NCBI GenBank assembly: GCA_964036045.1
Contig: OZ038378.1
Span: 157,852,001 to 157,916,000 of the forward strand
Length of the DNA: 64,000 nucleotides
Direction of reading: 5' to 3'
Origin: Eutreptiella sp. 'Long Island Sound 2002'
Lineage: Eukaryota; Protista; Euglenida
In this document: in pieces, positions 37,330 to 51,300 of the stretch
Layout: each line of letters starts with the position of its first letter
How positions within the stretch are numbered: the first letter of the stretch is position 1
Notes under the pieces: model-generated
Seen by the model: the letters and a program-made list of their open reading frames with translations, nothing else
Databases searched by the model: none
What the model was told of the DNA's origin: nothing
Program-made: the position numbers and the translations under genes

Positions 37330-39973
37330 TTCAAGGGCTGCCACTGTGCAAGCTACCCCGAGGAAGACCACACGCAAAGTCTGCAGTAACTCACTTTGGG
37401 GTGCTGCATTATGCGCCGTGGGCGCCTCGGTCGTCTGGAGGACTTTTCAGCCGCAGGGAGATCCATCCACGTCAACAGCATCAGCCACCAAACAGGCCTG
37501 GAATGGTCACGGATTAGAAGGAACCGCCGGTATGAGACGGGTCACACTCCATGCACAGTCCACTGTAAACGAGGATTTCATTGTGGGGTCGGAATGGTAT
37601 ATCCTGAAGGCCCCTTCGTCATCCCGTCCCACGGAGTTGACGAACCAGTCGACTATCATCGGCGTCGTCACCAGACAACCATGTGTTTTTGAAGAGGTAA
37701 GCAGTGCACTCGGTAACGTCTGCAACAGAAGACAGACAATGAAATAAATACGCACGAGATGCTTGGCTCCGAAAGACCCATTTCTCTTTTAGGGTCAGGG
37801 TATGCACGCACACCGAACCGCATTCCGAACAATGCCCCATCATGGCTGGATAGTCTTCTCTGCCCTGTGTGCCCCTCCTTCTTCACAAAGACCAATGCGC
37901 AGAGGTCCTGGGCAACCGCAAGACCGACATCAAAAGGAGCCATGAAGTGGATGCACTTCCACAAAATTCAGCGGGCCTTCCGCTGCCAGATGTCCCACCT
38001 AAAGACGTGTCTGATATACACGTAGGAGGAGGCCCAGCACCAACCCCAGCAAAGAAATGGATACTCAACAGGCGACTTTGGCCCACTTTCACAGGGACCC
38101 ACTGGGCATCCTGGCTCCCAGTCAAGGGCAAACGACGATCATGCTGGCTACAGTGGCTATGGGGAAATGTGAGATGGGAGGGATGTGGGCACCCCTGGAG
38201 CAAAGACACAGCTCCATGTGTGCTATGCGGAACGACCCATCGCACAACGGTACATGACAGACTGGTCCAGTGCCCAGCATGGAGTGCAAAATTCATGGAA
38301 CTATGGATGTCCACGTGGGAAGACTGGAGGCCCACATCTCCACATGGCTAGGTAACATAGAGGAAACGGACCTGCATCACCGGGGGAGACTACACATCCC
38401 ATTGTCACTAATCGAGCATATCCCAGCAGAGGAAAAACACCACATGAGGTGGCGAGTGGTACCACATGCTGCTGGGGGTGACGCACTTGCGCCGTGAACT
38501 GACGATGCCACCACGTGTCAAGACGGATGATCCCCTCCCCTCACAGGTCCCGGAGACACCGTGGTTCTCTAAACTGAAAGCGCGCAGAGTTACTCCGAAC
38601 CCAACAAAGAAAAACTTGCAGGAGCAGTGCCAGTACAAAGTCCCGAAGAAAAAGCGCAAGGCGGCAACGGCAACGGCTACCCATACACACCAGAAGAAAG
38701 CACAGGCACTGCTGGCCAAGCCACTCACACACACCACAAAAGTGGAGGCAATAAAGATGCTCACCAACCTACCACCAACATCAAGTACTTTGCGTGCCCA
38801 ACTGGAGCGGCACCTCGGCCACAGACCAGAAGACTTACCACTTCCAAAAGAGGTGGGGCAGGCCCTCTCACAAACACTGGAAGAATGACGGGCTTTGGCA
38901 AACACGCTCCTCCAGAGCAGGCACTACACAGGAGGCACACATCGAAACGTGTTGCGGCTCATACAACATCGCATCCACGAGTACTAGACATACAAATACC
39001 AGGTAAAAAGGTTGTACCTTACAACAGTGCGCGGCCCTGTACCCCGCCAGATGTCACGTTGAAAAGCCAAAGGCCTAGAGATGTTGCACCAGCGCCGGTC
39101 ATGGCTCGAAGAGTACACAGGGACCACGGAAACCCTTTTCAAGGCGACAGCAGCGTATACCACGAGGGTGTACACAGCAAGGTGTTGGGGTGAGTGGCAG
39201 CACCACATCAAGCATGCCCTCAAATGGTGGTGGGAGCACAAAAGGGACTGGTATGAAAATCAGGTCAAGCAGATGAATATCCCCAGGGGCAGAAAACGCA
39301 GCAGACCCAATGACCACAGAGTGATAGTATGCACGAAGTCGCCCCCCCCTACCTCCCCCCCCTACCTTCGGCTCGCTTCGCTCGACGCGGGGGCCGGCCC
39401 CCGCACCCCCCTTAAATAACATGACTCCTGCGGTGGCCACAGACCGCCTTTTGTGTGCACCGCCTTGTGTGTGCACCGCCTTCTGTTTGCACTGCCTTGC
39501 CTGTGGCCCCTTAAATAACAAGACTCCTGCGGTGGCCACGGGCCGCCTTTTGTGTGTTCCGCCTTGTGTATGCCCCGCCTTCTGTATGCACCGCCTTGCC
39601 TGTGGCCCCTTAAATAACAAGACTCCTACGGTGGCCGTAGGGCGCCTTTTGTGTGTTCCGCCTTGTGTGTGCACCGCCTTCTGTATGTACCGCCTTGCCT
39701 GTGGCCCCTTAAATAACATGACTCCTGCGGTGGCCACAGACCGCCTTTTGTGTGTTCCGCCTTGTGTATGCCCCGCCTTGTGTGTGCACCGCCTTCTGTG
39801 TGTATGATCCTACCCCCCCCCCTCCCCCCGAACCCACCCCATCCCCCCCCTACCCCCCCCCTACCTTCTCGACCCCCCCCCTACCTCCCCCCCCCTACCT
39901 CCAAGGTAGGGGGGGGCGACTTCGTGCGATATATGACAGAGTACAATGGGCAATCAAACGCCCACGCACATGA
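37330..39973 (+). pseudogene. decayed LINE ORF2 3' half, interrupted by the MITE at 39323-39935
   Basis: Zinc-binding CVLCGTTHRTTVHDRLVQCPAW and Trp-rich segments typical of non-LTR C-termini; several stops and frameshifts. Confidence 0.6.
39323..39935. mobile_element. TIR MITE with 7-bp TSD (P/Galileo-like) carrying about four 99-bp tandem repeats
   Basis: Perfect 24-bp IR GCACGAAGTCGCCCCCCCCTACCT at 39331-39354 and 39904-39927. ACAGAGT is duplicated at 39316-39322 and 39936-39942. TTAAATAAC recurs at 39412, 39511, 39610 and 39709. Excision restores the frame ...PNDHRVQWAIKRPRT*. Confidence 0.8.
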
Positions 39974-42900
39974 AGGACATACCCCCACCAGGGACGCCAG
40001 GAAAGTGTTCCCGGTTTTCTCAGAACAGGAATTTTTCACATCAACTGATTTCATTCCTCGTTGCACCAGTGGTGTGGCAGTTTCTGATACTGCAAGAGCA
40101 GATGACAGATTACAGGTGAGCTTCAAGTATACGTCCCGCCACCACGGGTGGTATGCGGCCCAGGTACCGCACGGGACAACATACGTTGTACTCACACTGT
40201 CATTTCTGATCCGGCCCGTCTGGCCGAGCACTTACGAAGAACTTGTTAGTCTGAGCCAAAAAAAAAAAGACCAATGAGCAAAGGTCCTGGGCAACCGTTG
40301 CCGGAGTGCCTTGAGCTGTGGCGTCTCCCTATTCGGTGCCTTTGCGGCCGCCAGGGATGGGGTGCCACAGCGCACCAAAGATGCGTGCGTACGCGGATGT
40401 GAGTGCACCTGAAACTGTGGCCGCCGTTTGTCAGAGACGCTGTACCACAGCAGCACAGTGCCGTGCAGGGGGCTCAACGCGACTTGGCAAAGTGTTGATG
40501 GCGACGTTTGTTGTAAGTTTTATGTCGGTGGCATTTTGCCTTGGGGAAATTCAGGACCAGGCTTCGTTTGTAAGGAATTAATAACAAGGGCGGGGGGGTC
40601 TGGGGGGGTCCCACAAAGGGGCCGCTTATTCAAACTTGATTTTCCCTCGGCCACATTTTGGGCCAAGATTTTTTTGGGGGGTGGGTGGGTCTCAGAGCCA
40701 AAAGCCCCCCCCCCCCCCCTGCTTTTGAGGTCTGTTCAGGACCCTGGGTCACTGCATCAGTGACCGATCTGAGGCACGCACCAAGGCGAACGAGCGGCTG
40801 GTTTGTAAAGGGGGAGATGTGGGGACGATGCAAGTCCATCAACATCGCACGCAAGAACGTGGCTCGGTGGGATGCAGTGCTTTGGAAGTGAGGAATCATG
40901 CCAACCCCAATCGGGATAATTGTGTACATGATTTGAATTCCGTACACGATGCAGTGCGGCCACATGAGACATGGGTTTGTCGTCACGTTTGCCAATTACA
41001 TGGAGCCAGTGACCTGTGTGTTGGCCTGGCAAGCCTCGTGTGATCCCTTCAGCTTTGGGTTTTCTTGGGTTCGCGAAACGGATCCCGCCCAAAATGTTCT
41101 GCAGCAAAATAGTCTCTGGGTGAATCACACACACGCACACGCACGCGCACACCCTTCGTTTGGCAGCAGGGTTTGTCAACCCCATTCTCCTCCACCGTTT
41201 GCAGTGTCAGTGGTAGTTCAGAAGGTCGCAGTTGCAGGGCTCTGTGGTGGAGTGGAGAGCACCCGAGGCATTTTGGGGGTGTAGTGGTTTGAATATGCCA
41301 CCGGTAGGTCTGAGTTCTCGGAGATGATTGGTGGAGTCGTGGGGGGAGGGTTCTAAAAAAAATGACCCCTGATGTTTTTTTTTACCCAAGAGCACGTATT
41401 TTTCCCAGAATTTTCGAGGCGACGGTTGGGCATTTTGCCTGCAGGTGGGAGAGGCAATTGTAGAATGTGGGATGGATTTGGACCAGGAAGCTAGAGCCAC
41501 CCAGTTTTACCGTGCCAAAGCCAAGGCTCGATGGGTGCCCTGGTTTTGCCAGTCAAGCAAGGTCATATGACGTGTCATGGGCTTTCTCAGGATGCACACG
41601 ATGGCTTCAGGAATGTCTGCACTTTTTCCAATATTCCAAGGAGGCAAACAGAGCCTGGGCCAGGCTGTGGTGGAACTACTTGATGGCACAGCCCACGGTG
41701 CTCTATGGAGGCACGCGTAGCAGCTTGTGGGGGGGCACACGTTCCATGAGAGTGGGGATGTCAATGGGCAGAGGGATGATGCAAGTCCATCAACATCGCA
41801 CGCAGGAACGTGGCTCGGTGGGATGCAGTGTTTTGGAAGTGAGGAATCATGCCAACCCCCAAAATCTTGGGGGGGGGGGGCTGGAGGTACGAACTACAGA
41901 ACTTCAAATGGTGTAGATTTTGGCCCACAGACAATTCATGAAGCTGCCAATGCTGTACTAACTGCACCGTGGGGGAAGAGTGTACGTTTGAGGTAGGAGG
42001 TAGTTCATCGGCCCTAAGATGACCAAGGTTGAGCACAGCTGGGACTGGGAGGGCCCATGCAGGCCAACTGTGCTGGCTTGCCCAAACGGCAAGAACCTTT
42101 ACATCCCAAGCGGGATCTGGGCCGTGATGGCCAAATCAAAGCATATTTGGCACTCATGGGTGTGGAGAGCAGCTGAGAAGACTTGTACGCTGGGGGGGCT
42201 TATTTTTAACACAATTGTGGTTTGTGGTCTTCAGTCTATTTTTGGTGGTTTGTAAGTTTCATCTTCAAAAGGGGGGGTTGCATCAGTCTAGAGTGTGTGT
42301 CCATGGAGCACATGGCTTCTACTGATTTCATGGGTTCACGGGTGGGCTTGTCCCCTACCAACCCGCTCCCTAATGTGTGTTCTAGGCCAGAGGACTGTGA
42401 TTCCAAAGGCTGGCAGTAGGTGCAAGTTGAAGTGGTGGCCAAAGTTCTGGGTCCGGCGAGGGCGTATGAGAGTTCCAATAGCAATTGGATCGCCAGTGGT
42501 GCATGGAGCGGTGGTTAAGGCCATGGCTCATGTGGAGGTGCCAGAGAAGAGCCTCATGCCGGCAGAGCCCACTAATATATAAGCGCTATTAGAGCGGGGG
42601 CATATTGTGCGCATTACACGTGGCATACTTGGTAATGGTTGGCCCCCAGTGCACCGACATATGTTACATCGAAAATTGATACCAACAGTCTTTTCATTTT
42701 CAATTATAAAATTGGCAACGAGGTAGATGAGGTGGATACGGGCGACAAGCCCCCCGTATGTAGTTGCTAAATTTCTACACCTGGTGTGATGAGATGTTGT
42801 TGTGGTTGAAAGAATAGGGGAGGGGATAAGGAGAGTCACCCGGGAGGGGGGGGGGGGGCGACTCCACGGGTACTAGGACACCAACTAACCCCCCCCCCCA

Positions 42901-44969
42901 AGGGGCCTCCGGCCAACAGTTAGTTGTCAAAGGTATGAACCCAAGGAGCCAATGGGCGCCAAGGCGCCCAATTGTACACAAGCATCAGAAGCACTACCCT
43001 AAGTGCTTGACTTGGGGGGAGCACCTGACGCAGCACGGAGGTTTAGCCGTCTAGCCTGACCAAGCAGCTGCAGCTTTTCCCAGTGTGGCTAGGAATACCC
43101 TACCCTCTATTGTGGGAAGGGGCAGTGCAAACTGTTGGATCACACCTGGGCCGCATACCCAACTGTTCGGAGGTGCCCGACAGCCCCCCCCCCCCCCCCC
43201 CCAAGGGGCCTCCGGCCAACAGTTTGTTGGGGGGGTAGTTGGCATCCAAAACCGAGGGGTCGCCCCCCCCCCCCCGTGCAGAGTCATGTGTGCAAGATTC
43301 AGAGCTTGACCTGACCAGTTGTTTTCCCTCCTTATTAAAGCTACCGTCAAGGGGGGATGTGTTTGATTTGCACGCCCGTTATGCCACAACTGTATGTTCC
43401 AAGATTTGATGGGGTTAAGAAAATCACCTTTGGTTCACCTCTGCTCACACTCTAAATTCACAATCCGTTGAAAGTCCGTTCATCGTCCATTCACAGTCCA
43501 TTCAGGCTCCTTCATAGACTGGCTAGGATGGGAATTTTGAACAGATTTTGATAGAATTTCCTGCAAATCTGCACCCATTCTTGTTGTGGTGAGCAATGAT
43601 ATGGATATGGAAGAGATATGGGGCAATCTTTGCTCCATATCTCATCATGTTTCCAACACCTAGACCCAGGCCAAATTCAAAATGCCCCATATGGTCTGCA
43701 TATTATCACGTAGCATGGGAGACGAAGGCGCACCACGTGCCTCATGAATACCCATGCACCATGAAGCTCAGCAATGAGGACAGTCACAGGGGAGGCAATG
43801 CCGCCCACAAACAGGCCTACCCGATAACTCTTGAAATCTCATTGCCAGCCCATACTCTGCCACGTCCCCCTTTGTTTAGTGCACATCCACACCGGGGACA
43901 ACACAGGGCGCAATCATATATGGCAACCAGCAACGCCGTCACCAGTGATCCCTAGAAATTGGGTGAAACCCTAGCGTGCCCGGCTTTCTGGTAGGAACCA
44001 GACTGACAGGTACCCACTAGGCATGGCAATTGGCCTTTACCTTTGGCTGGCCTTGAAGCTGGTCTTGCTGGCCTTGAAGGCCGCCAAAGGGGTTGTCCTG
44101 GGGCAGATCGCCTGGCACAAGATAGCACCTCTTGCACACCGCTGGATTGGCAACCAATGCTTCCTGTCGAAACACGTCTAAGTGTAATGAATCAGTCCAC
44201 AGGGCCCAGCCAGCCTTGGGCGTCATGCAGACATTGCGCTGGCTGCATTTTGCACCCAGACGCCTGCCCATTCGACTTCCGCGGTCACATCGGTCTCCAC
44301 CATTTGCATGCATTCCATTGGTGCACGCATCACACCACAGCCCTTGCCGCCGTTGGCACTGTCCGTGTTGGGGAGTTGCTCGGGGGGAGGTATTCGGCAG
44401 AAGTAAGATGTCCATGCTTGCGGCAAAGTGGATTGCTCTGTGCCTATGCCTGTGCCAACCCGCAGGCAATGGATTGTATCCAGAGGGCCAAATCATGGGC
44501 ATGACCACCAAATGTGGCACCGCATGCCAACTCACAAAAGATGTTCAGGGGATGCACCGTTCGAAACAAGATGAGCATGGGATAAGGCTCTGGCCCCGTG
44601 CTGCCTCATCGATGGATGGCATGACATGGGGAGGCGTGTGGATCGACGCATTTGGCATTTGTTTCAATTCAGAGAGCGACAGATTTAGTTGGGCAGCCAA
44701 AGCACAATTGTTCTCAACTTCCACCTTCAATTAGACTTGGTTCAGTGTTATCGCCAGGATTTTGCGGCAATAACCTCAACCATACGGCCTAATTCTCATC
44801 AACGGATGTGAAAATTCTGTCATGGATGCAACAGATTCCACCGTTGGAAGCTCTCCTACACACACGTGTTGACCTTAAATGCCTCATTTCAAATTTGTAG
44901 TGTGCAAATCAGTAGCCATGCATACAAACAAGCTTTTCATTTTGCAATGGCCGGTCTTGGTATCGTTTC

Positions 44970-44995
44970 ACTTTCTGAGTGTCTTTTTTTTTCTG
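44970..44995 (+). other. genomic relic of the euglenid spliced leader (duplicate)
   Basis: Same as 34962, with one more T. Confidence 0.88.
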
Positions 44996-45015
44996 TGCGC
45001 TTCATAACTGAATTC

Positions 45016-45232
45016 ATGGAGGCTGAGACGCCTGACGATGTGGCAAAGCAGTTGCAGTTGTACCGCCAGCAGATGGCGCAGCGCCATGCAGCAGCAGCTG
45101 CCCCTGCTGTCCTGCAACCACCTCCAGACGGCAGCACGCAGATGGATCTGGATGAAGAAGTCCCACTCCCATCAACAACAGCGTGCCCTTACAGCACCAG
45201 CACCCACCGTAGTACTGGTGATCACCAGGGGG

Positions 45233-45272
<40 letters not shown>

Positions 45273-46506
45273 TACCGAGGCATGGCCTCCTACCCTGGAA
45301 AGGCATTTGGACCCCAGTACAAGCCAATGTACACGTCCACTGCCAACTTCAGACCCAGATTGGCAAGTCCTTCGCCCGGAGGAACTGGCTGATGCCTCAG
45401 TCCCTCCGCTGCCGTCGGGGCCACGATCACCAGCAAACCGAGAGGCAGAGTGCACAACCGCACTGCCAGGCTTCCTTACCACCGCGTGGGACAGTTTGTC
45501 GACCATGTTTGGGGGCAGTTCGCGTGGAGGGCGGCCCCCGGACCAGCGGATGGCTCTGGTTGACCTGACACACGACGACAACTTTGATGTTGGCCTGACG
45601 CAGGAAGAAAGTGATGAGGCAATGGCCCGGAGGTTGGAAAGAGAAGAATATCTGAATGCCCAGTATTTGCAGCGAGAGCAGGCCAACACGGGCCACGACT
45701 TAGACTTTCTGCCGGAGCCCACATATGAACAGCTGCTTCCTGGGACCGGTGCCCAGTATCAGGGACCCCCCCCTCCTCCTCCGGGCTTGTCAGAAGATGC
45801 CAGACTGGCCTGGTATCTGCAGCATGAGCAGGGAGCTGTGCCTGCTGAGGCCTTTGGAAGTTCTGAAATAGAAGATGATGATGCTGCACTTGCCCGCCGT
45901 CTGCAACTGGAGGAGCAGGGCTCAATATCGGATGCGGAATTGGCGCAGCAAATGCAGGAAGAGGAGAACAGGAGAGAAGGAGTAAACAGGGCACAGCAAG
46001 GACACTACGATCCCCAGATTCCGTTTGGCCTGCGGCGGCTGATGCACAATATGCGGGGCTTGCCGTTTGAGGAACCTGCCCCCCCCGTGTTTAATGCAGG
46101 CGATCCCAACGCTCTCATGATGCACATGCTCCAAGGCAGTGGGATGCGTCACGACGAAATGGCACAGATCATGGCTCTATTGGAGGGCAGACAAGCCATG
46201 TCCCGTGATATAGATGGAGCCACCTATGAGGATTTGCTGCGACTGCAGGAGCAGTTGGGCGTCGTGAGTCGGGGGGCAACATCCGAGCAGATTGATGAGC
46301 TGCCCACCAGTACTGCCCCTGCCGCCGATACGAACAACGAACATACTTCATGTGCTGTTTGTCTGGAGGACTATGTGGAAGGGGAGAGCCTGCGTACATT
46401 GCCTTGCCTGCATCAGTTCCACACCAAATGTGTAGACACGTGGCTCAAGCAAAACCGGGCCTGCCCCATCTGCAAGATTGATGTCTGCACCCGTGATGGA
46501 CCGTGA
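45016..46506 (+). CDS. RING-H2 E3 ubiquitin ligase retrogene, copy 2 (496 aa)
   Basis: Near-identical to copy 1, with 3 amino-acid differences seen (T3A, DEAV to DEEV, PPAL to PPTL). Confidence 0.93.
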
Positions 46507-47346
46507 TGCATGTGAACAGAGCTGCAGGGTGTAGACATGGGCAAGCAGGGGAATCGTCTGGGGATGTGGGCGGGTGTTGGGAGCGGCCAGAGACCCTCAG
46601 CTGATTTATCAAATGGCGGGAGGCCTGTTTTCCAGTGTCAAACCTGAAAACCTTACAAATCTCCCATACGTCGAAAATGCCTCATTTCGGGACCAAAATG
46701 CCTCTGCACCATGTGCTAGACATCCAAGACTTTGCTGAGGAGACCAAAGAATTCTGGGTCTGCAAAATGGAACCCTTGGGTCCCTCAGTTGGCACATCAG
46801 GACAATGACGCGCGGCTCCGTGGCTCCTCTCTTGAGTTACACAGGTCCTGGTCATCACGGTTGGGGCAATATGTGCTCCAATGATGGGCTCAGCATTGGT
46901 AAATTTTCCTGCCCACATTCCAGGCCTGTTATGCTGCTTCCACAACAGCTGCGGACCAAGTGTCTTTTGTGCAATGCACATTTGACCTGTCAATATGACG
47001 TTGGGAGGGTATTCTGCACCAAGAGTTTCTGTACCGAGACCAGCACCTGGAATCACCAACTCCAGCCCCCTGGCTAGTGTTGGGCTTGGGCCAGATTGAT
47101 CAATGACCCTGAGCTCTGCTCTGCTTTTGTGACACCTGAACCTTTTTTTTATCCTGCACCACTGGATGTTTCCTCTTCACATCCTTGACCCAGGCTCACT
47201 ACTAAACCAGAGTTCTGCTCATCTGGGCCAGGCATTGTCTGGGCAGGGAGGGGGGCAAGAAAATTGGAATATGATGAGTGGACCAAGATTTCGTAGCTGA
47301 AGGAGGAAAAGTAGACAGGCATTTTTCAAGCAGATGTTACAAGGGC

Positions 47347-48369
47347 CACCCTCGTTTTGAGAATGTGTGAACACAGTGCAGGGTTGGACAAGAACATATC
47401 CTTGAGCAGATTCATTGACGATGGCATTATCCTTCATAGGACAGAACAGTTTGGTGAACTGAAAACCCGATTGTGTGCCATTTATCCCCAGAACCTGAAA
47501 TTTACCTTTGAGGTGGTTACTCAACAGAGATATATTCCTTTTATGGATCTTCTGATTATGAGTTTGGCGCCAGTACAGACCTGTGTCTACTGGAAAAAGA
47601 CTCACTCCTGCAGCTACATACCCTGGGGGAGTAACACCCCCAGGCATGTCAGACTTGGCTGGCCCAGGGCAGAGAGTATCAGATACCTCAGGCTCTGCAG
47701 CCACAGGGTATTTTATACTGAGTGCATCCAGAGGATTCAAGGAGCTATCAGGAGGTTGGGTTACCCACAACAGGTGGTGTCTGATTTTCCACTGCCGTGG
47801 GAAGCAAAACCAAAATTTGCACAACTGAAAGCACAGAATCACAAATTGGACGACGAGGTGGGTGGGTTGGGTCCAAAAAAAAAGTGCACATTCTGAGGGT
47901 ACCATTTCATTGTTCCCTTAATCTTGCTTGGAGTAAAGTGGTACATCAGTTACAGAACAAATTACCTTTTGTACATAATACCAAATTGTTTGCTGTTTTG
48001 ATTCCTTCCCCAAGTCTGGGGAAATATTTCAGCACACAGACGCGCAAAGCCGAGGGAGAGCGCGCGCACATCGCAGAGTCACAGTGACGAATTTGTTAAT
48101 TCACTGCAGTGAGATTTCTGCCGCTTTTCGCTGTTTCCGGATGTGCAAATGATATAGTTTTTATCCATTTTCGTGTTCATAGCCTCTGCTGATGAGGGCC
48201 TGATTGGCCAAAACATGTATGAAAACTGAGCTGATCAACAAGAAGACGCTCCATCCATTCATGTGCCTTGCTGGGTTCCAGGGTCTCTGATTGATTTTGT
48301 ATGGTGTACAAGCAGCTCGGAAATTCGTGAGGGTGAAATCAAAACTGCAATTTATTTCACAAAAAAAAC
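47347..48369 (+). mobile_element. 5'-truncated Penelope-like element (RT C-terminal half), inserted in one of the duplicated blocks
   Basis: The ORF at 47357-47896 has RFIDDG, LKFT, IPFMDLLI, VYWKKTHSCSYIPWGSNTP and ESIRYLRLCS, which are PLE RT/thumb motifs. About 16-bp TSD at 47331-47346 and 48370-48385 matches the empty site CAGATGTTTCAAGGGC near 37323. A8 at the 3' end. Confidence 0.88.
48189..48219 (+). ncRNA. degenerate minimal hammerhead ribozyme remnant in the PLE 3' region
   Basis: CTGATGA-G-GGCC(TGATT)GGCC-AAAAC-ATGTA. The canonical GAAAC is mutated to AAAAC, stem III is the palindromic ACATGT, and stem I is weak. Confidence 0.5.
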
Positions 48370-51300
48370 CAGATGTTTGAAGGGCTGCCACTGTGCAAGC
48401 TACCCCGAGGGAGACCACACGCAAAGTCTGCAGTAACTCACTTTGGGGTGCTGCATTATGCGGCGTGGGCGCCTCGGTCGTCTGGAGGACTTTTCTGCAC
48501 CTCTGACCCGCCGGATAATTGGGGGGGCCGAAGCGAAGCCGCCGAGAGATCCATCCACGTCGACAGCATCAACCACCAAACAGGCCTGGAATGGTCACGG
48601 ATTAGAAGGAACCGCCGGTACGAGATGAGTCACACTCCATGCACAGTCCACTGTAAACGAGGATTTCATTGTGGGGTCGGAATGGTATATCCTGAAGGCC
48701 CCTGCGTCGTCCCGTCCCACGGAGTTGACGAACCAGTCGACTATCATCGGCGTCGTCACCAGACAACCATGTGTTTTTGAAGAGGTAAGCAGTGCACTCG
48801 GTAACGTCTGCAACAGAAGACAGACAATGAAATAAATACGCACGAGATGCTTGGCTCCGAAAGACCCATTTCTCTTTTAGGGTCAGGGTATGCAGTGTAT
48901 GCCTTTGCATCCCAAGCGGGATCTGGGCCGTGATGGCCCTCCTTCTGGACTTGTCCCATTGATGGGGGCCAAATCAAAGCATATTTGGCACTCATGGGTG
49001 TGGAGAGCAGCTGAGAAGACTTGTACGTTGGGGGGGCTTATTTTTAACACAATTGTGGTTTGTGGTCTTCAGTCTATTTTTGGTGGTTTGTAACTTTCAT
49101 CTTCAAAAGGGGGGGTTGCATCAGTCTAGAGTGTGTGTCCATGGAGCACATGGCTTCTACTGATTTCATGGGTTCACGGGTGGGCTTGTCCCCTACCAAC
49201 CCGCTCCCTAATGTGTGTTCTAGGCCAGAGGACTGTGATTCCAAAGGCTGGCAGTAGGTGCAAGTTGAAGTGGTGGCCAAAGTTCTGGGTCCGGCGAGGG
49301 CGTATGAGAGTTCCAATAGCAATTGGATCGCCAGTGGTGCATGGAGCGGTGGTTAAGGCCATGGCTCATGTGGAGGTGCCAGAGAAGAGCCTCATGCCGG
49401 CAGAGGCCACTACGATACAGGCGCTATTAGAGCGGGGGCATACGCGCATTACGCGGGGCATACTTGGTAATGGTTGGCCCCCAGTGCACCGATATATGTT
49501 ACACCGAAAATTGATACCAACAGTCTTTTCATTTTCAATTATAAAATTGGCAACGAGGTAGATGAGGTGGATACGGGCGACAAGCCCCCCGTATGTAGTT
49601 GCTAAATTTCTACACCTAGTGTGATGAGATGTTGTTGTGGTTGAAAGAATAGGGGAGGGGATAAGGAGAGTCACCCGGGGGTGGGCGGGGGGGGGGGGGC
49701 GACTCCACGGCTCCTAGGACACCAACTAACCTTCCCCCCCCCAAGGGGCCTCCGGCCAACAGTTAGTTGTCAAAGGTATGAACCCAAGGAGCCAATGGGC
49801 GCCAAAGGCGCCCAATTGTACACAAGCACCAGAAGCACTACCCTAAGTGCTTGACTTGGGGGGAGCACCTGACGCAGCACGGAGGTTTAGCCGTCTAGCC
49901 TGACCAAGCAGCTGTAGCTTTTCCCAGTGTGGCTAGGAATACGCTACCCTCTATTGTGGGAAGGGGCAGTGCAAACTGTTGGATCACACCTGGGCCGCAT
50001 ACCCAACTTTTCGGAGGTGCCCAACACCCCCCCTCCCCCTGGGGAACCGCCTTCCCCGGCACCCCTCCCAAAAACTCCCCCTCTCAAGCCCTCCCCCCCC
50101 CCCCCGGGGGCCTCCGTGCGCCCCGCTACCGGCACCGCCGGCCCACGGGAGCCGCATCTCCTCCTCGTATTCCCCTTCGGGGATTTGAACTGGCGTCTTC
50201 AGGGCAGCAACCGGTTGCACAGCCGCTGCAGTGCGAGGCCAAAAACTTATCCATTGGGCAGCTAGCTTCCAGCAAGCTACAATCAGGCTTATCTTTTCAG
50301 CAAGGTCCGAGTACAAGTATCACAGAGGCTGGGCCTACGGCTCCCTCGCACACCGTCACTTCTCTATGAAGCACACAAGTATCTCTCTAAGGCTTAGATA
50401 GTACCAACCACGGTACACCCATACCCCCACGCTCTTCCCGTGAAGCGAAGTCCTAGTCCAGGTTACTTGGCCGAGGAGTGCCAGCACACGCAAGGTGACT
50501 CGGGAGTAGGAGGGCAGCAACAGGGCGCCTTTTCCAGTCTTGTAGCATATAAACACTGACGTGTTGACAAAATAAAGGCCATCGGGTGTAGACAATTGTA
50601 TGGTAGCACACGTGTATCATATCTGTGATCATGCGGAACCGCCGAACATTGCGGCATATGCATACCAAGACGTGCATGTGTAGAGCGCTTTGAGACCTGC
50701 TTGCGCCCCAAGGGGCCTCCGGCCAACAGTTAGTTGGGGGGGTAGTTGGCATCCAAAACCGAGGGGTCGCCCCCCCCGTGGAGAGTCATGTGTACAAGAT
50801 TCAGAGCTTGACCTGACCAATTGTTTCCCCTCCTTATTAAAGCTACCATCAAGGGGGGATGTGTTTGATTTGCACGCCTGTTATGCCGCAACTGTATGTT
50901 CCAAGATTTGAGGGGGTTAAGAAAATCACCTTTGGTTCACCTCTGCTCACACTCTAAATTCACAATCCGTTGAAAGTCCGTTCATCGTCCATTCACAGTC
51001 CATTCAGGCTCCTTCATAGACTGGCTAGGATGGGAATTTTGAACAGATTTTGATAGAATTTCCTGCAAACCTGCACCCATTCTTGTTGTGGTGCGCAATG
51101 ATATGGATATGGAAGAGATATGGGGCAATCTTTGCTCCATATCTCATCATGTTTCCAAAACCTAGACCCAGGCCAAATTCAAAATGCCCCATATGGTCTG
51201 CATGTTATCACGTAGCATGGAAATCTGTGGGAGACGACGGCGCACCACGTGCCTCATGAATACCCATGCACCATGAACCTCAGCAATGAGGACAGTCACA

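Larger units (their letters stand above)
33535..48894. repeat. segmental duplication 33535-37806 ~ 43522-48894, containing the RING retrogene
   Basis: Near-identical over about 4.3 kb with an offset of about 10 kb. Copy 2 carries the PLE insertion and a small extra insert near 48500. Confidence 0.95.

Noticed and set aside
39412-39800. 99-bp repeats as a CRISPR-like array
   Set aside because: Units are directly tandem with no unique spacers; eukaryotic context and no cas genes.
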